From IMG/VR virus record IMGVR_UViG_3300025687_000013: a stretch of 40,000 bases of DNA. One strand, 5' to 3'. Shown here one piece after another: positions 16,301 through 24,591 of this stretch. The notes below the pieces were generated by a model that was given only the letters and a program-made list of their open reading frames with translations, did no database searches and was not told the origin of the DNA. The DNA comes from a virus. Position 1 is the stretch's first letter. Each line of letters begins with the position of its first letter. Position numbers and translations under genes: made by a program.

Positions 16301-17300
16301 TATTTGTCGGCAGCTCTGGCAAATCTTCGATAGACTTGGTGAGAGCTGAACCGGCAGGCCCAATGCGGTCGGCGGCCTCTACACCTCCCTTAATCACTGC
16401 TGTGGGGACGGGTGCTGCACCTAGCCCGAAATACGTGAGTTTGCTGGCATTACGTCCAGCAAGTTCCTGCGCCCAGTCTGGCGTGATCTCGACTATCTTG
16501 TCCTTTATCGAGTCCTTGGTTGATTGCAGGGCTTCTCCCGTTGCAACCATGGCTGCCCCAACCTTCTTGCCCGCAGCCCTCATGGCCTTGGCCTCAAGCT
16601 GTGCTAGTTGCTTGCCGAAGCCCTTTTTGACTAGGCCAGAGGCAGCACCACCAACCACTGTCCCGATGTCAGCAACGTAGCTGGCACCCTCTGCCAGGGC
16701 TGGGTCAACATCAACGTCTCCAGTCTGGTTGTAGCCAAAGAATGCGTCTGGGTCTTCCGAGAGTGCCAGATGATCAATTAGGTCTTCTTGACCAAGGCGA
16801 GCTTTCTCTCGCATAGCTTCCAGCTTCCTGATCTCTCTCCAGCCCCTGAAGCGTTCTCTTGTCAGGGCTTCGTCCCTGGTAAATCTGTCCTTGGCTTTCT
16901 GGGTAAGAATGCCCAAGTCGGCTGTGCCTCTCAGGACGCCCTCTCCCAGGGAGTTGACTATTCTTTGGAATTCTCCTTCAGCCAGGTTGGCAGCAAATGC
17001 TCGGCCACCGTCGTAGAGTTCCTTGAACATGGTCTTGCCAACCTGAATGGCATCGTCCATTCCAAAGCTCTGCTTCTCCTGGGTCTCTAGCCACTCCTTC
17101 CACTGCTCATAGGCCTGGTCAGTGTCACCAGGGACAAACGTCAGGTCATCGAGCCTGGAGGCTGAGTCATCAAACTCTATTGATGTTGCGACATTGTCCT
17201 GTGATTGAGCAGTTGGCTCATCATCAAACACCAGACTGGTTGCTACCCCTGTTGAAACTTCAGGTTCATCGTCAAATTGTAAGCCTGTCGCAATTGCCAT
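10380..17300 (-). CDS. giant (2306 aa) multidomain virion-associated / polyvalent-type protein, last gene of the late operon
   Basis: Uninterrupted 6.9-kb ORF. Its Gly/Ala-rich N-terminal third resembles internal/ejection proteins. Central blocks HFDQANIVAHVRHNDRIGSDGEKILFLEEIQSDWHQAG and APFKKSWPEFSMKRMLKLAADEGYDAIAWTTGETQNARY resemble domains I recall from large polyvalent proteins of phages and conjugative elements. There is a GNAT-like block near the C-terminus. Confidence 0.6.
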   Translation of the reverse strand: MAIATGLQFDDEPEVSTGVATSLVFDDEPTAQSQDNVATSIEFDDSASRLDDLTFVPGDTDQAYEQWKEWLETQEKQSFGMDDAIQVGKTMFKELYDGGRAFAANLAEGEFQRIVNSLGEGVLRGTADLGILTQKAKDRFTRDEALTRERFRGWREIRKLEAMREKARLGQEDLIDHLALSEDPDAFFGYNQTGDVDVDPALAEGASYVADIGTVVGGAASGLVKKGFGKQLAQLEAKAMRAAGKKVGAAMVATGEALQSTKDSIKDKIVEITPDWAQELAGRNASKLTYFGLGAAPVPTAVIKGGVEAADRIGPAGSALTKSIEDLPELPTNMGPLERASKNMSLPESVRMAASAASQFKGDVALGLAKDISRGAAYGSVAGATLGGLAEGTEGAKAGAFAAGLTGGLGGLGGYTVDTITGQRDAAKMQGSINDFVGRHKGSEGAMNRLIEMSNLEVVDEPSGNLRSMARRAIEDLATASEVLRGRVDIKLLPSDEFAKAVRGKGVEGYYDSQSKEIILNADSTKLSDTLLHEVGEAMWDSGVVDKETVVNQVKNEYDLNEIKRSYVGQMLQAEKRRTPTPEEVESRVRELDRQYLNDGDQDWVVREMFSENFMSVSTDQGLHNYVRNNSKLGKLKTAVQRAAAPFGQTPITGLGMAINEAKGTAFSVIDVMKGGLGLDGLGYKKEPKQSSPEQASKPDNIFGINLKLDSELSKSYKKYARDLNRQYKAFAQGREERTNVKKDASDDRVNWDGVGKEYFDDVNDTPKSQGDDKASSNSQGSSQSGGRKKAKNKKDIQKRIRQRRKEVKEALDTEVSDATMPEVSLKQKYNPDGTPDPSKQEYRGKFLQSKYSDAPMMENFRGTIDEINQAIASGRAIRSFYFGIGTRAQGDSWVNSLTGKKGDIPATVYNYIPHEWFITNNGNVNVRVIDLNYVRGRVAAWRDTSKLLPWNNDVDAFLEDARKYLENHRNDISGKTGLTDDKHNIINALFQTNNYVKNPLYSAWDKNSGNRIYKNLRIERIASLRDTSANGTPFGMGPFDHLKAKQMFSPTRAPEAPQRELDNLGMYSKAQEAIEGMQQKKGTSQQFLKAMDKAGVKKEELEDIGLDVFLKDNPTTTKEDVLNFIKANQIEMVEVTEGGGGVPVVEITNIDGDYMSQSMGLPTFESNDAAYKFIDDNWVRFAGALIEKNRLKVFSGEDLKNTVFDDVPENEFAILREGRNGQPELVDYSTLSREFPVFEESYNSLQEADKALYEAFKGELSGEFYPELVPIEERGGGKFSEYTEPGAEPGTYTERLLTVRDSRFGPYSSGHFDQANIVAHVRHNDRIGSDGEKILFLEEIQSDWHQAGRGKGYGTRRLTQEEARELDVLEQVNDLQVLKLRLQKIEEQMFHDNAPDAMKAKAHEDLRFFMQNQYKPMTTEMRQRRNMLRRIKFDELKGVPNAPFKKSWPEFSMKRMLKLAADEGYDAIAWTTGETQNARYNLGDKVSGLDVIEYDDGTYELMARVPDEDVFKTVETGITKDKLPDYIGKELTKRALDSMEGDLEQNGMRSALLEGDDLRLGGNGMRGFYDEMLPRLKLWKQTKDSKGRPLQVEQKTLRDGLQANYVALNEDVNSKVSAQGVPRYSPARTVSETYSKLVDSKKVKKLTGKDLVGMKLFPIKADLTAAGDVYSGIDSSDILVPIELKGGPYFPLLKGIQKAGLAWANKGPGVSKIKSKMAQDGVYGVVVSMTPQSHKSNTDVSDAISQTVVAYIKGGRISEENLKSLNSEFSNWEKSAGKGKGKTLVFPDFPGLENPDKLLAYLNSLPFEKRAMFAERIDQAKFVEAGFPRVSRILDATIQPEFRGQPHGQALLVLKLDPRGDVVKLGENGIPSHRSYDFAVRGKLVGVLEKPISAEKLFPDHYKRRGKDSYYTLDRDWPVTSITEQVASRFGVDKFEHVKNPAQAKAVLQGAIGDWYEVPRTGKGSADFSLAIGENFASPMLEPLPKKQVKDMVKSGEMRVFQLGQDRSSNIYFALRATGDGAGLEILNPINNQPGTSGADLPAIMLKAIEEGATEIKTFAIPTANNPRGARVDAIETFGFKETNRVKFNPEEQGTPNNQLADMMRVWESQGWNRGGEMPDIVQLTYQGTPDDRGKIRQRYLQSDRSDMANSSLVQLDEARANERSAANRKAGRGDRARSSDRRQTSRNKRRDDGGMDRDNAPLRNRFNAVLEELQSLSPDDADNLRIPEDLRQKARQTFPGTKFSPARQLNNRGGAIYLDGYGFRAVQTSSRAGVRVYSDKGRRVGPVFSSVEKAQDHLDKLRNN

Positions 17301-17312
17301 GAGCTTTATTCC

Positions 17313-18623
17313 TTACCTGCCTGTTGCTGACAGAAAGCCACTGCCTTCCATGTAGTAGACTTTTTCTCCCTCCATAACTTTCCCTCGCTTGACTGCGTTT
17401 TGCAGGTCCTCCTTAGAGTCGAACACCTGATACATAGTAGGGTTAAACTCACTTGAGACGTAGAGGGTTGGGTCAATACCTGGTTCGATTGACTGCTGTC
17501 TTTCGATGGTTGATTGACGGTATTCATTTGCGGTCTTCAACCTGCCCTGCAAAGCTGTCCTGGATGTTTCCAGAATGTTTTTGCGGACCTGTGGCGTGAG
17601 CTTACCTTTGCCAACTGCATCGTTAAGGGTGCTGACAATACTATCAAGGAACCCTCCGGTTCGTTGTGCTTGTTGCTGCTCTCCTTCTCTTACCACCGAA
17701 TTTGGGTCGAGTGACTTCATGAAAGCAAACACTGTAGCCAGGCCTTGGGCACCTGTTGACTCTGGCCTGAGAATAATGTCCTGGAGCTGGAGGAATTGAG
17801 CCTCTGACTTGATGTAGTCATCAATGGGCGCAGCCTTGATGTATGAGTTGTAGACTGAGTCAATTCTGGTTTTCTGTTCGTTGCTCAGTTGACCAACCTC
17901 TGCTGCTGCCTGCTGCCTTTTCAAGTTGAGGTTACCAATCAGGGCAGTCTTGTAGTCTTTGTCTATTCCTGCTGACTCCCTGGAGACATCAAGCTTGTCC
18001 TGGGCTAACCTGGCATCAGTGATTTTCTCTGCGGTTGCTAGGGACGCCTGTGGGTCAACGTCAATGCCAAGGGCGTTGCTGTAAATCTGCTGCTGCTGTT
18101 GGTCTTGGCGTCTGTTGTAATCGCCTGTGATAAACTGGGAAGCACCAGCAGGCATAACACCACCCTCTCTTTGGACCTGGCTCAGTGACTGACTCGGTGT
18201 CATGCCCTGGCTCATTCCGAACATGAACTTGTCGGAGGCAATACCTTGGTCAATGCCCCTTTGGGCAGTCTGGTTCTGTAACTCAGCCTGCTTAATTCTC
18301 GCGTCATACAACTGAAGAGACTTTTTAAGCAGCAGGTTCTCAGACATGCCTTCCAGTTCTTTCAGGCCCATGTCGTCCAGCCTGGTTTCAAACATCTTAG
18401 TGAACTGCTTTTCTTGCGGGGTTCCTTTGATGTTGTCTGGCATGAATTCATCAGCAAACGGTGCAAGCTTGGCTCTCAGCTTTCTGCTTTCACCTGCTGA
18501 TCTGAAAGCCTGGCCTATGCCTTCGCCAAACTTCTCAATGCCCCTGGCCAGGTTCTGACCTGATTGACTCACAGCCATTGGCTGCACCATCCCCTGCCCT
18601 GAATAACTTTGCTTTGAAAACAT
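17313..18623 (-). CDS. internal virion / ejection protein candidate
   Basis: 436-aa Q/A-rich, coiled-coil-like ORF between tail genes and the giant protein. No enzymatic motif seen. Confidence 0.4.
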   Translation of the reverse strand: MFSKQSYSGQGMVQPMAVSQSGQNLARGIEKFGEGIGQAFRSAGESRKLRAKLAPFADEFMPDNIKGTPQEKQFTKMFETRLDDMGLKELEGMSENLLLKKSLQLYDARIKQAELQNQTAQRGIDQGIASDKFMFGMSQGMTPSQSLSQVQREGGVMPAGASQFITGDYNRRQDQQQQQIYSNALGIDVDPQASLATAEKITDARLAQDKLDVSRESAGIDKDYKTALIGNLNLKRQQAAAEVGQLSNEQKTRIDSVYNSYIKAAPIDDYIKSEAQFLQLQDIILRPESTGAQGLATVFAFMKSLDPNSVVREGEQQQAQRTGGFLDSIVSTLNDAVGKGKLTPQVRKNILETSRTALQGRLKTANEYRQSTIERQQSIEPGIDPTLYVSSEFNPTMYQVFDSKEDLQNAVKRGKVMEGEKVYYMEGSGFLSATGR

Positions 18624-18632
18624 AATCTCTCT

Positions 18633-19496
18633 TTATTTTCCGAAGAAGCCAGTTCCACCCTCTGCCATTCCCCCGAATATGCTTCCTGCTGCACCTATGC
18701 CTGCGCCGATAAGGGCAGACCTATTGTTTGCGCTTTGAATGGCAGCGTTGTTAGCCGCATTCATGTTGGAAGCATGAACACTCCCCAGGTAGGCACTCTC
18801 TGGGTTGAAGAGTTGACCAGGGTTAAAACTCTGGCCCTGACCGGCAATCATTGCTCCTTGGTTCACGTTCACCCCAGGACGCCCCAGGATGGCCATGAAC
18901 GGGTCTTGAGCCGTGGCTGCGTTCATGCCAGCAATCTGCTGTGCAAAGGCCTGACGTCGCCTCTGAAGCTGTTCTGCTTGCAAGCCTTTAACCAGTGCTT
19001 CCTGACCTACATCGACTGCACCAAAACCCATTCCTCTGGCTGCCTGGGCGGACCTGACTTGCTGCTCCATTTCTCTGGCTAGATCGGGTGGCAGGCTTGC
19101 GCCAGCTTGGAGGTCAGACATGGCCTGGCGGTTTAGCTCGCTCATCAGTGCGGCCTGTTCTGGGTTGGCTGCCTTGAATGCTTCAGTGGCCCTGACACCG
19201 AGTTCCTCAACGTCTCTAATGTCTCCCTCTCGACCAACCCGTCTGCCAGCAACCTCGGCTGCATTAAGCCTTGGAAGAACGTCCGTCTCGTAGAGGTCAA
19301 GCAAGCCTGGTTGACCGTCTTTGCCTGTCAGAACTTCTCGGAGAACTTGCAGGTCCAGTTGTGCGTAGGCTGGGCGGCCAAACTCGTCGCTAGACTCAAG
19401 CTCAAATAGCTGTGGCGCTACCTCGGCCTGTGCTGCTGTGTTGTCGATGAGTTCTTGCGCTCCATCACGCTTCTCGTATTTAACCTTTGTTCCCAT
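18633..19496 (-). CDS. internal virion protein candidate (Gly-rich C-terminus)
   Basis: 287 aa. It is A/Q-rich and ends in LIGAGIGAAGSIFGGMAEGGTGFFGK, which looks membrane-interacting. Its position matches podovirus internal proteins. Confidence 0.4.
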   Translation of the reverse strand: MGTKVKYEKRDGAQELIDNTAAQAEVAPQLFELESSDEFGRPAYAQLDLQVLREVLTGKDGQPGLLDLYETDVLPRLNAAEVAGRRVGREGDIRDVEELGVRATEAFKAANPEQAALMSELNRQAMSDLQAGASLPPDLAREMEQQVRSAQAARGMGFGAVDVGQEALVKGLQAEQLQRRRQAFAQQIAGMNAATAQDPFMAILGRPGVNVNQGAMIAGQGQSFNPGQLFNPESAYLGSVHASNMNAANNAAIQSANNRSALIGAGIGAAGSIFGGMAEGGTGFFGK

Positions 19497-19830
19497 TGCT
19501 TGTCTTTCGTCGAAAGTAGTGCCAGTCGTATATTTTTAGGGTGTCCCCAAAGAGCCTGTGCCAGGCTACGTATTTAAGTTTGTAGGGTGCTAGTTCTTGG
19601 AACCGTCTGATCTTGTTCCTTCCCGATGCGTAGAACACAAACCAGCAATCTGGTTTCTTGTGCTTAAAGTTAAAGTCATCGAACTTGTCTGCATGTTTCT
19701 TCTCTATAGGCCTAGCCATGATGAACGCATCATCACCTGAGTAGACGTAGCCATGAATGAGGTAGTTGCCCAGTTGCTGTTCAAACAGCTTTCCGTATTC
19801 TTTAACCGCATCTGTGATGGGTTTGGGCAT
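19480..19830 (-). CDS. hypothetical protein
   Basis: 116-aa ORF overlapping both neighbours by a few nt. No motif recognised. Confidence 0.5.
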   Translation of the reverse strand: MPKPITDAVKEYGKLFEQQLGNYLIHGYVYSGDDAFIMARPIEKKHADKFDDFNFKHKKPDCWFVFYASGRNKIRRFQELAPYKLKYVAWHRLFGDTLKIYDWHYFRRKTSNGNKG

Positions 19831-20753
19831 CAGGCTAGCTTCAAAACCTTAACGACAGAATAAACCTCGTCGTGACCTGATATGTTTGCAGGTCTGCCTA
19901 GACCGTATGTAGCCCTTGTGCTTGAGCTTCTGAACTTTAACTGAAACGTCTTGGTCCCTGCTATGGTCACAATGCCACTAGCAAAAGTCCATTGAGTCTC
20001 AGTGTTTTTGCTAGAACCCCCAGATGCAGAGGTGCCGTTCACAGCAATGGTGCCGTCAGTGGTGTTTTCAACCCAGCAAATGAATTGCCCGGTGTCTGCG
20101 GCTGGGGCTTTTGCTTCAATCAGGTATGTTCCAGCATCAAGGTCCCAGGTATAAGCAGCAGCATCAAAGTCAGCTAAAATAGATGATGGGTCAGTGCTTT
20201 GATTAAGAACACGAACTTGGTCCAATGTTGAGTCTGTTGCCCCAGCATTAGTGTTGGTTGACTGCTGCTCCCACATAACTGCTGCGCCGCCAAAATAACC
20301 AGTGTCCTTAGCTTCCCACTGAATGTTCCCGCTACCATCAGTAGAGATGTATTTGTTAGCCCCATCAGTTACCAGGAGGCTAATTGGAACGCTGGAAACG
20401 CCAGCTTGGGCAGCCCACTCTGGGTTAGAAGCATCACCATTAGTCTTCAGGAAATAACCGCTGGTCCCTGGGGCTAGAGTAACCAAGTCTCCGTTAGAGT
20501 CGTAGTAAAGAATCTGACCGTGTGTGCCCTGGGCAAGCTTTGTCAGGGCCAGGTTGTGGTCGCTGATCTTGCTGTTGATGTCGATGCCAGAAGCCAGCTT
20601 CTGAGTTGTGATGGCACCATCTGTGATCTCGGAAGAGTCAACGGTTCCCGCCAGGGTGATACCAGGGGTTCCAAGCAGATTAAGCTTCGAGTAGGTGACT
20701 CTCTCACTGGCACTGAATTGATAGCCAGGCTGGACGTTAAATGTGATAGCCAT
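19830..20753 (-). CDS. tail fibre protein
   Basis: The N-terminus has EITDGAITTQKLASGIDINSKISDHNLALTKLAQGTHGQILYYDSNGDLVTLAPGTSGYFLKTNGDASNPEWA. This is the repeated I-T-x-x-KLA motif plus a PxW block common in phage fibre N-termini. Confidence 0.65.
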   Translation of the reverse strand: MAITFNVQPGYQFSASERVTYSKLNLLGTPGITLAGTVDSSEITDGAITTQKLASGIDINSKISDHNLALTKLAQGTHGQILYYDSNGDLVTLAPGTSGYFLKTNGDASNPEWAAQAGVSSVPISLLVTDGANKYISTDGSGNIQWEAKDTGYFGGAAVMWEQQSTNTNAGATDSTLDQVRVLNQSTDPSSILADFDAAAYTWDLDAGTYLIEAKAPAADTGQFICWVENTTDGTIAVNGTSASGGSSKNTETQWTFASGIVTIAGTKTFQLKFRSSSTRATYGLGRPANISGHDEVYSVVKVLKLA

Positions 20754-20754
20754 G

Positions 20755-21336
20755 TTATGTCAGGGTTGAGTCTTGAGCCGCAGGGACATACCACTTGCTC
20801 TCTGTGTCGTGGAGGAAGATGGCGAAGTTGCCTGATGACAGGGTAAACGATGAATCAAACGGGTAGTCTTCCCATGCCGTAGATGTGATGCTTGCATTCA
20901 TGTTGTATGGCAACTTGTTCACGATGATCTTGATGCCAGCAACTCCCACAGTTGGTGTTGGTAGTGCGTATGTCGTTGTGGAGTTGTTGAGAATGCTAAC
21001 AACGTAATTGTTGGTGACTGCGTTAGTCTCAACACTCAACAGGCTGTGCAGGAACGTGACTGGGTCAGTGAGCCTGATGGTTGGGTTGCCTCCTTCACCG
21101 TCAAAGTTAGTCCAACCTAAACCTGTTGATGACAGGAACCTCTTGATGGTTGCACTGCCAGAACCGTCGAGCTGAACAAACCCGGCAGTGCCACTCAGTT
21201 CATCGATGGAGCGAATGTTCCCATCTGCGTAGTTCAGGTGTTCCAGGGAGTCGATGAACTCTGTCCTGGTCACGGTAGTGTTGCCCACAGGGGCATTCAC
21301 TGAGTCTACCGAAAAGTTCTTGGTTGAGTCTGGCAT
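20755..21336 (-). CDS. tail-associated structural protein candidate
   Basis: 193-aa S/T/N-rich ORF between the nozzle-like protein and the fibre gene. Confidence 0.4.
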   Translation of the reverse strand: MPDSTKNFSVDSVNAPVGNTTVTRTEFIDSLEHLNYADGNIRSIDELSGTAGFVQLDGSGSATIKRFLSSTGLGWTNFDGEGGNPTIRLTDPVTFLHSLLSVETNAVTNNYVVSILNNSTTTYALPTPTVGVAGIKIIVNKLPYNMNASITSTAWEDYPFDSSFTLSSGNFAIFLHDTESKWYVPAAQDSTLT

Positions 21337-21337
21337 A

Positions 21338-23560
21338 TCAAAGCATAGCGTGTCGGCCCTCTCGACGTTGACCGTCAGTGGTGCCGGTGGTGATTGAATG
21401 AATTCTGATTCGGCCTTCCAGGCCTTGGAACTTGATCTGGAAGTAGGAGCCCCTTTGGTTCACTCGGAGCTTGTGAGTGTAATACTGGTGCAGGTCTAGG
21501 ACGGTGCCTGTTGAGCCCAGGACGGTTCCTCCTCCTGGTTCTGTTGCATCGAGAATGACTGAGTAGTCTTCCCTGCCCTCTGTCTCATGGTCGTCGTTGA
21601 TGTTGGTGATTGGCCAGTCATCAACTGCGAAAGTCATGTATTTGGTTCTGCTCTGGAACGTGTATGATGTGTCGTCAAGGAGGACAGACTCTTCCTTCAC
21701 GCCATCAGTGATGGCAGTGATTCTGTATTTAGGGTCCCAAGTAGAGATGAACACCTGGGCGTCTTGCAGTCGCCTCCTGTTACCAGAGGCAAAACCGTAA
21801 CCCCTGGTCAGAACCATGAACTGAATCTCACTGTCCCTAACCATGACCTTCTCAGAACAGATGACCGTGATGTATGGGTCATCGGCCTTGATAAGCATCG
21901 GTGTTGAACTCGTGAACCTGACACCACAGTCCAGGGCTTCAACCGTGTCGGTTCCATGGGTCCAACCGCCACTGCTGTAGCCAGCATAGAGGTTGTCTGC
22001 CGCATTATCGCATGGGTCTGCTGTTACATCTCCCATGTTCCAAACACCGTCAGTGTCTGAAGCGCCTGTCCTTGGGTCTTCGACTAGAGGGTTAACACCG
22101 TCTGTCAAGACATCAGCATCACTCTCAATCAGGGTGTTCTGCCTGGTTCCATAGACCTCGGTGCCATTGTTGACCTGAACCATGTTTCCGATGGCAGGCT
22201 GGCCTACCAGGAGGACGTCGCATGAGTAAGCGTTCTGCTCCTGCTTGACCATCTCTGTCTCACCGTATTCGTAGAGACCTACGACCCCAGTGTAATCGAC
22301 AAAAAACAGGCTTTCTGTCCCTTGGAAATCAGCCACAAAGAAATACTTAATCTTGATGGCATCACCCTCGTCGTAGCCTGCCCAGGCCTTGTTGAGAAAA
22401 TCATAGACCAAGACCGCATTGTTCTGCTGAGAGCCATCTAGAGGGACGCTGAGATAGTATCTGTTCTGCCAGTAGGCACCGCAGGCGGTTTCCTTGGCCA
22501 CAGACATGTCTATGCGGTCAATGATGGGTTGTATAGGGGTGCTAACGGGCTCAGAAACGCCCTGTAGCTTGTTTTGTTCAGTCTGCCTAAGTGAGACTAC
22601 TCCACGTTGCGAAAGGAACCACAGGTCGCTTCCTGTGTTGACCACAGACCTTGGCCCAACCAGTCCAAACTCAGAGGTAACCTGATCAAGGGCAGCATTG
22701 GTGCCCCAGTCGCCAACCAGATTGTTGACTGCATAGATGCTGGTCGATTTGAAGACAACGACAGACTGGTCGTTGAACTTAAACAGTCGCTCTATGTTGT
22801 CACTGTCGCCCTGGTTGATTTTGAACGAAGCATACACAGGGTCATACGACGTATAGTCAAGTATGTCTGACACCGCGACATGGTCAGCCTTATAACCCAA
22901 AGCAGGTTTGTGAGGAACGAGGAGGCGGTTTTGGAAAAAGAGGGTAGACTTTGAGTTTGGTATGTTCTCAGTTCCACCAGCCCCGGATGCCTCCGGTGCC
23001 TCGATAAAGCCTTCTTCAAAATTAGATAGGACCAGGTGGGTATCGTCGTGTCCCCTGGAGAGAATGCACTTATCGAAGGCTTGTGTGAACCAATACACAT
23101 CCTCCGTATTAGCGTCTTGGTAGAGTGTTGTTGGAACTGTCAGAGAGACAGAACACCGGACTGGCACTGCTGTGTTGCCAGGACGAAGCCGGTAGATAAC
23201 GATGTTAGTGTTATCGACTGATGAAGCTACTAGAACCCAGTCAACACCGTTAGGGTCGTTCCACACACCTACTCCGTAGACGTCCCCAAAGTTACCCCTG
23301 AGAACACCGTCAAAGTTGATGTCACCCTCGTTCCAGTTGATGGGCCATTCCCAGCTAGACTTAATGTTTGTCCAGCCAACTGGCATGGTGCCCTTTCTGG
23401 GCTCTGCTATGCCGAATCGGAAACGTGCGTTCCTGGCGTCTGATACGTAGCCAGGAGGAAGGAGATGAGGACTGGTCCTCATGTCAACACCGATAAAACC
23501 ATTGTCCCCATCTGTCAGTGGGACGTCGTCGTTGATTGAATAGTTTCGGTGTTGCCTCAT
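21338..23560 (-). CDS. large tail protein, possibly podovirus tail tubular B / nozzle-like
   Basis: 740 aa. The N-terminus reads DMRTSPHLLPPGYVSDARNARFRFGIAEPRKG. Size and position in the tail module fit this call. The assignment is tentative. Confidence 0.4.
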   Translation of the reverse strand: MRQHRNYSINDDVPLTDGDNGFIGVDMRTSPHLLPPGYVSDARNARFRFGIAEPRKGTMPVGWTNIKSSWEWPINWNEGDINFDGVLRGNFGDVYGVGVWNDPNGVDWVLVASSVDNTNIVIYRLRPGNTAVPVRCSVSLTVPTTLYQDANTEDVYWFTQAFDKCILSRGHDDTHLVLSNFEEGFIEAPEASGAGGTENIPNSKSTLFFQNRLLVPHKPALGYKADHVAVSDILDYTSYDPVYASFKINQGDSDNIERLFKFNDQSVVVFKSTSIYAVNNLVGDWGTNAALDQVTSEFGLVGPRSVVNTGSDLWFLSQRGVVSLRQTEQNKLQGVSEPVSTPIQPIIDRIDMSVAKETACGAYWQNRYYLSVPLDGSQQNNAVLVYDFLNKAWAGYDEGDAIKIKYFFVADFQGTESLFFVDYTGVVGLYEYGETEMVKQEQNAYSCDVLLVGQPAIGNMVQVNNGTEVYGTRQNTLIESDADVLTDGVNPLVEDPRTGASDTDGVWNMGDVTADPCDNAADNLYAGYSSGGWTHGTDTVEALDCGVRFTSSTPMLIKADDPYITVICSEKVMVRDSEIQFMVLTRGYGFASGNRRRLQDAQVFISTWDPKYRITAITDGVKEESVLLDDTSYTFQSRTKYMTFAVDDWPITNINDDHETEGREDYSVILDATEPGGGTVLGSTGTVLDLHQYYTHKLRVNQRGSYFQIKFQGLEGRIRIHSITTGTTDGQRREGRHAML

Positions 23561-24585
23561 TGATAGAACCCTGCCTTGACCAGAACTTGGTTCAGCAGTT
23601 TGTTGCTGTTGTCCCAGGAGAAGGACATGGCCCTCTCACTAGCTCGCAACGCTTTCTCACACCTCCTCGTTTGAAATACCTCTCTCATGCGATCAACCAG
23701 TGACTCTTGCTTGGGTTTAGCCCAGAGCCCACCGTTGTCGTAGTGGTCACCAGCAGGGGTCATGACGTAGTCAACCGGGTAACCTATCTCATCGTTGAAC
23801 CACTCTGAGATGCCCCCAAAGGGAACGCAGATCACGCTCCTGCCAGTTGCTGCTGCTTCCTGCTGATGCAGCCCCCAGCCCTCACCATAGGAGGCGCTGA
23901 CCAGGCAGTCTAGCCCCTCATACCAAGAAGCCAACTGGGCCCTGGTCCAGAACTCTTTCTTCACCAAGACTCGGTCGTCATCGATGTCGATGTCTGGGTC
24001 ATCAGGGTGCATTTTAACGAGCAACCTGACGTCCTTGATTCGTTTAGGGAAAGCCTTCTTCCAGGCCTCCAGGACGTCTTTAAAGCCCTTTCTGCAACCT
24101 CCAGCAGACGTTCTCCCTGCTGTTCCAAAAACAAAGACCTCCTTCTGTATAGGCGGCCTGTAGTGGAACACACTGGTGTCAATACCAAGGGGGACTTTGG
24201 TCATTGGCTTCTTAACGCCCTGGGCGTTCCAGTGACCAATGTTCCAGTTACTAGGTGCCACAATCAGGTCTGCTTGGTTGAGGTTAATGACTCCCTCTTT
24301 GTGCAGCCTGGAGGTTTCCCACATAGTGTTATAGACAAGCCTTTTGTTCCCTGTTGGCTTGAAGGACGGACAATGAATGATCATCTCCCAGTCCTCCTGC
24401 TGGTGTTTGTTCACCAGGCTTTCGTAGACAACTTTGGGTATCGGGCCCTTGCCTCGTTCTACCGTTATCGGGAAGAGTGCAACGTCTCTTCCCAGGTTGG
24501 TCATGCCTTCGACTACTCTAAAGCAGTGCAGGCTGTAGCTTGAGTAGCCATCGACTACTCCACGTATCACACACCGTTTTGCCAT
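23557..24585 (-). CDS. glycosyltransferase, GT-B fold, group 1 (GT4-like)
   Basis: LVSASYGEGWGLHQQEAAATGRSVICVPFGGISEWF matches the E-x-F/W-G...E-A-x-A-x-G-x-P-V-I signature of group 1 glycosyltransferases. ATGA overlap with the downstream tail gene. Confidence 0.8.
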   Translation of the reverse strand: MAKRCVIRGVVDGYSSYSLHCFRVVEGMTNLGRDVALFPITVERGKGPIPKVVYESLVNKHQQEDWEMIIHCPSFKPTGNKRLVYNTMWETSRLHKEGVINLNQADLIVAPSNWNIGHWNAQGVKKPMTKVPLGIDTSVFHYRPPIQKEVFVFGTAGRTSAGGCRKGFKDVLEAWKKAFPKRIKDVRLLVKMHPDDPDIDIDDDRVLVKKEFWTRAQLASWYEGLDCLVSASYGEGWGLHQQEAAATGRSVICVPFGGISEWFNDEIGYPVDYVMTPAGDHYDNGGLWAKPKQESLVDRMREVFQTRRCEKALRASERAMSFSWDNSNKLLNQVLVKAGFYQ

Positions 24586-24591
24586 AAATTG

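Noticed and set aside
10380-17300. Tape measure protein, which would imply a long-tailed phage.
   Set aside because: There are no tail tube, sheath, chaperone-frameshift or distal-tail genes around it. It is the last gene of the operon and shows several distinct globular-type blocks rather than a uniform helical ruler.
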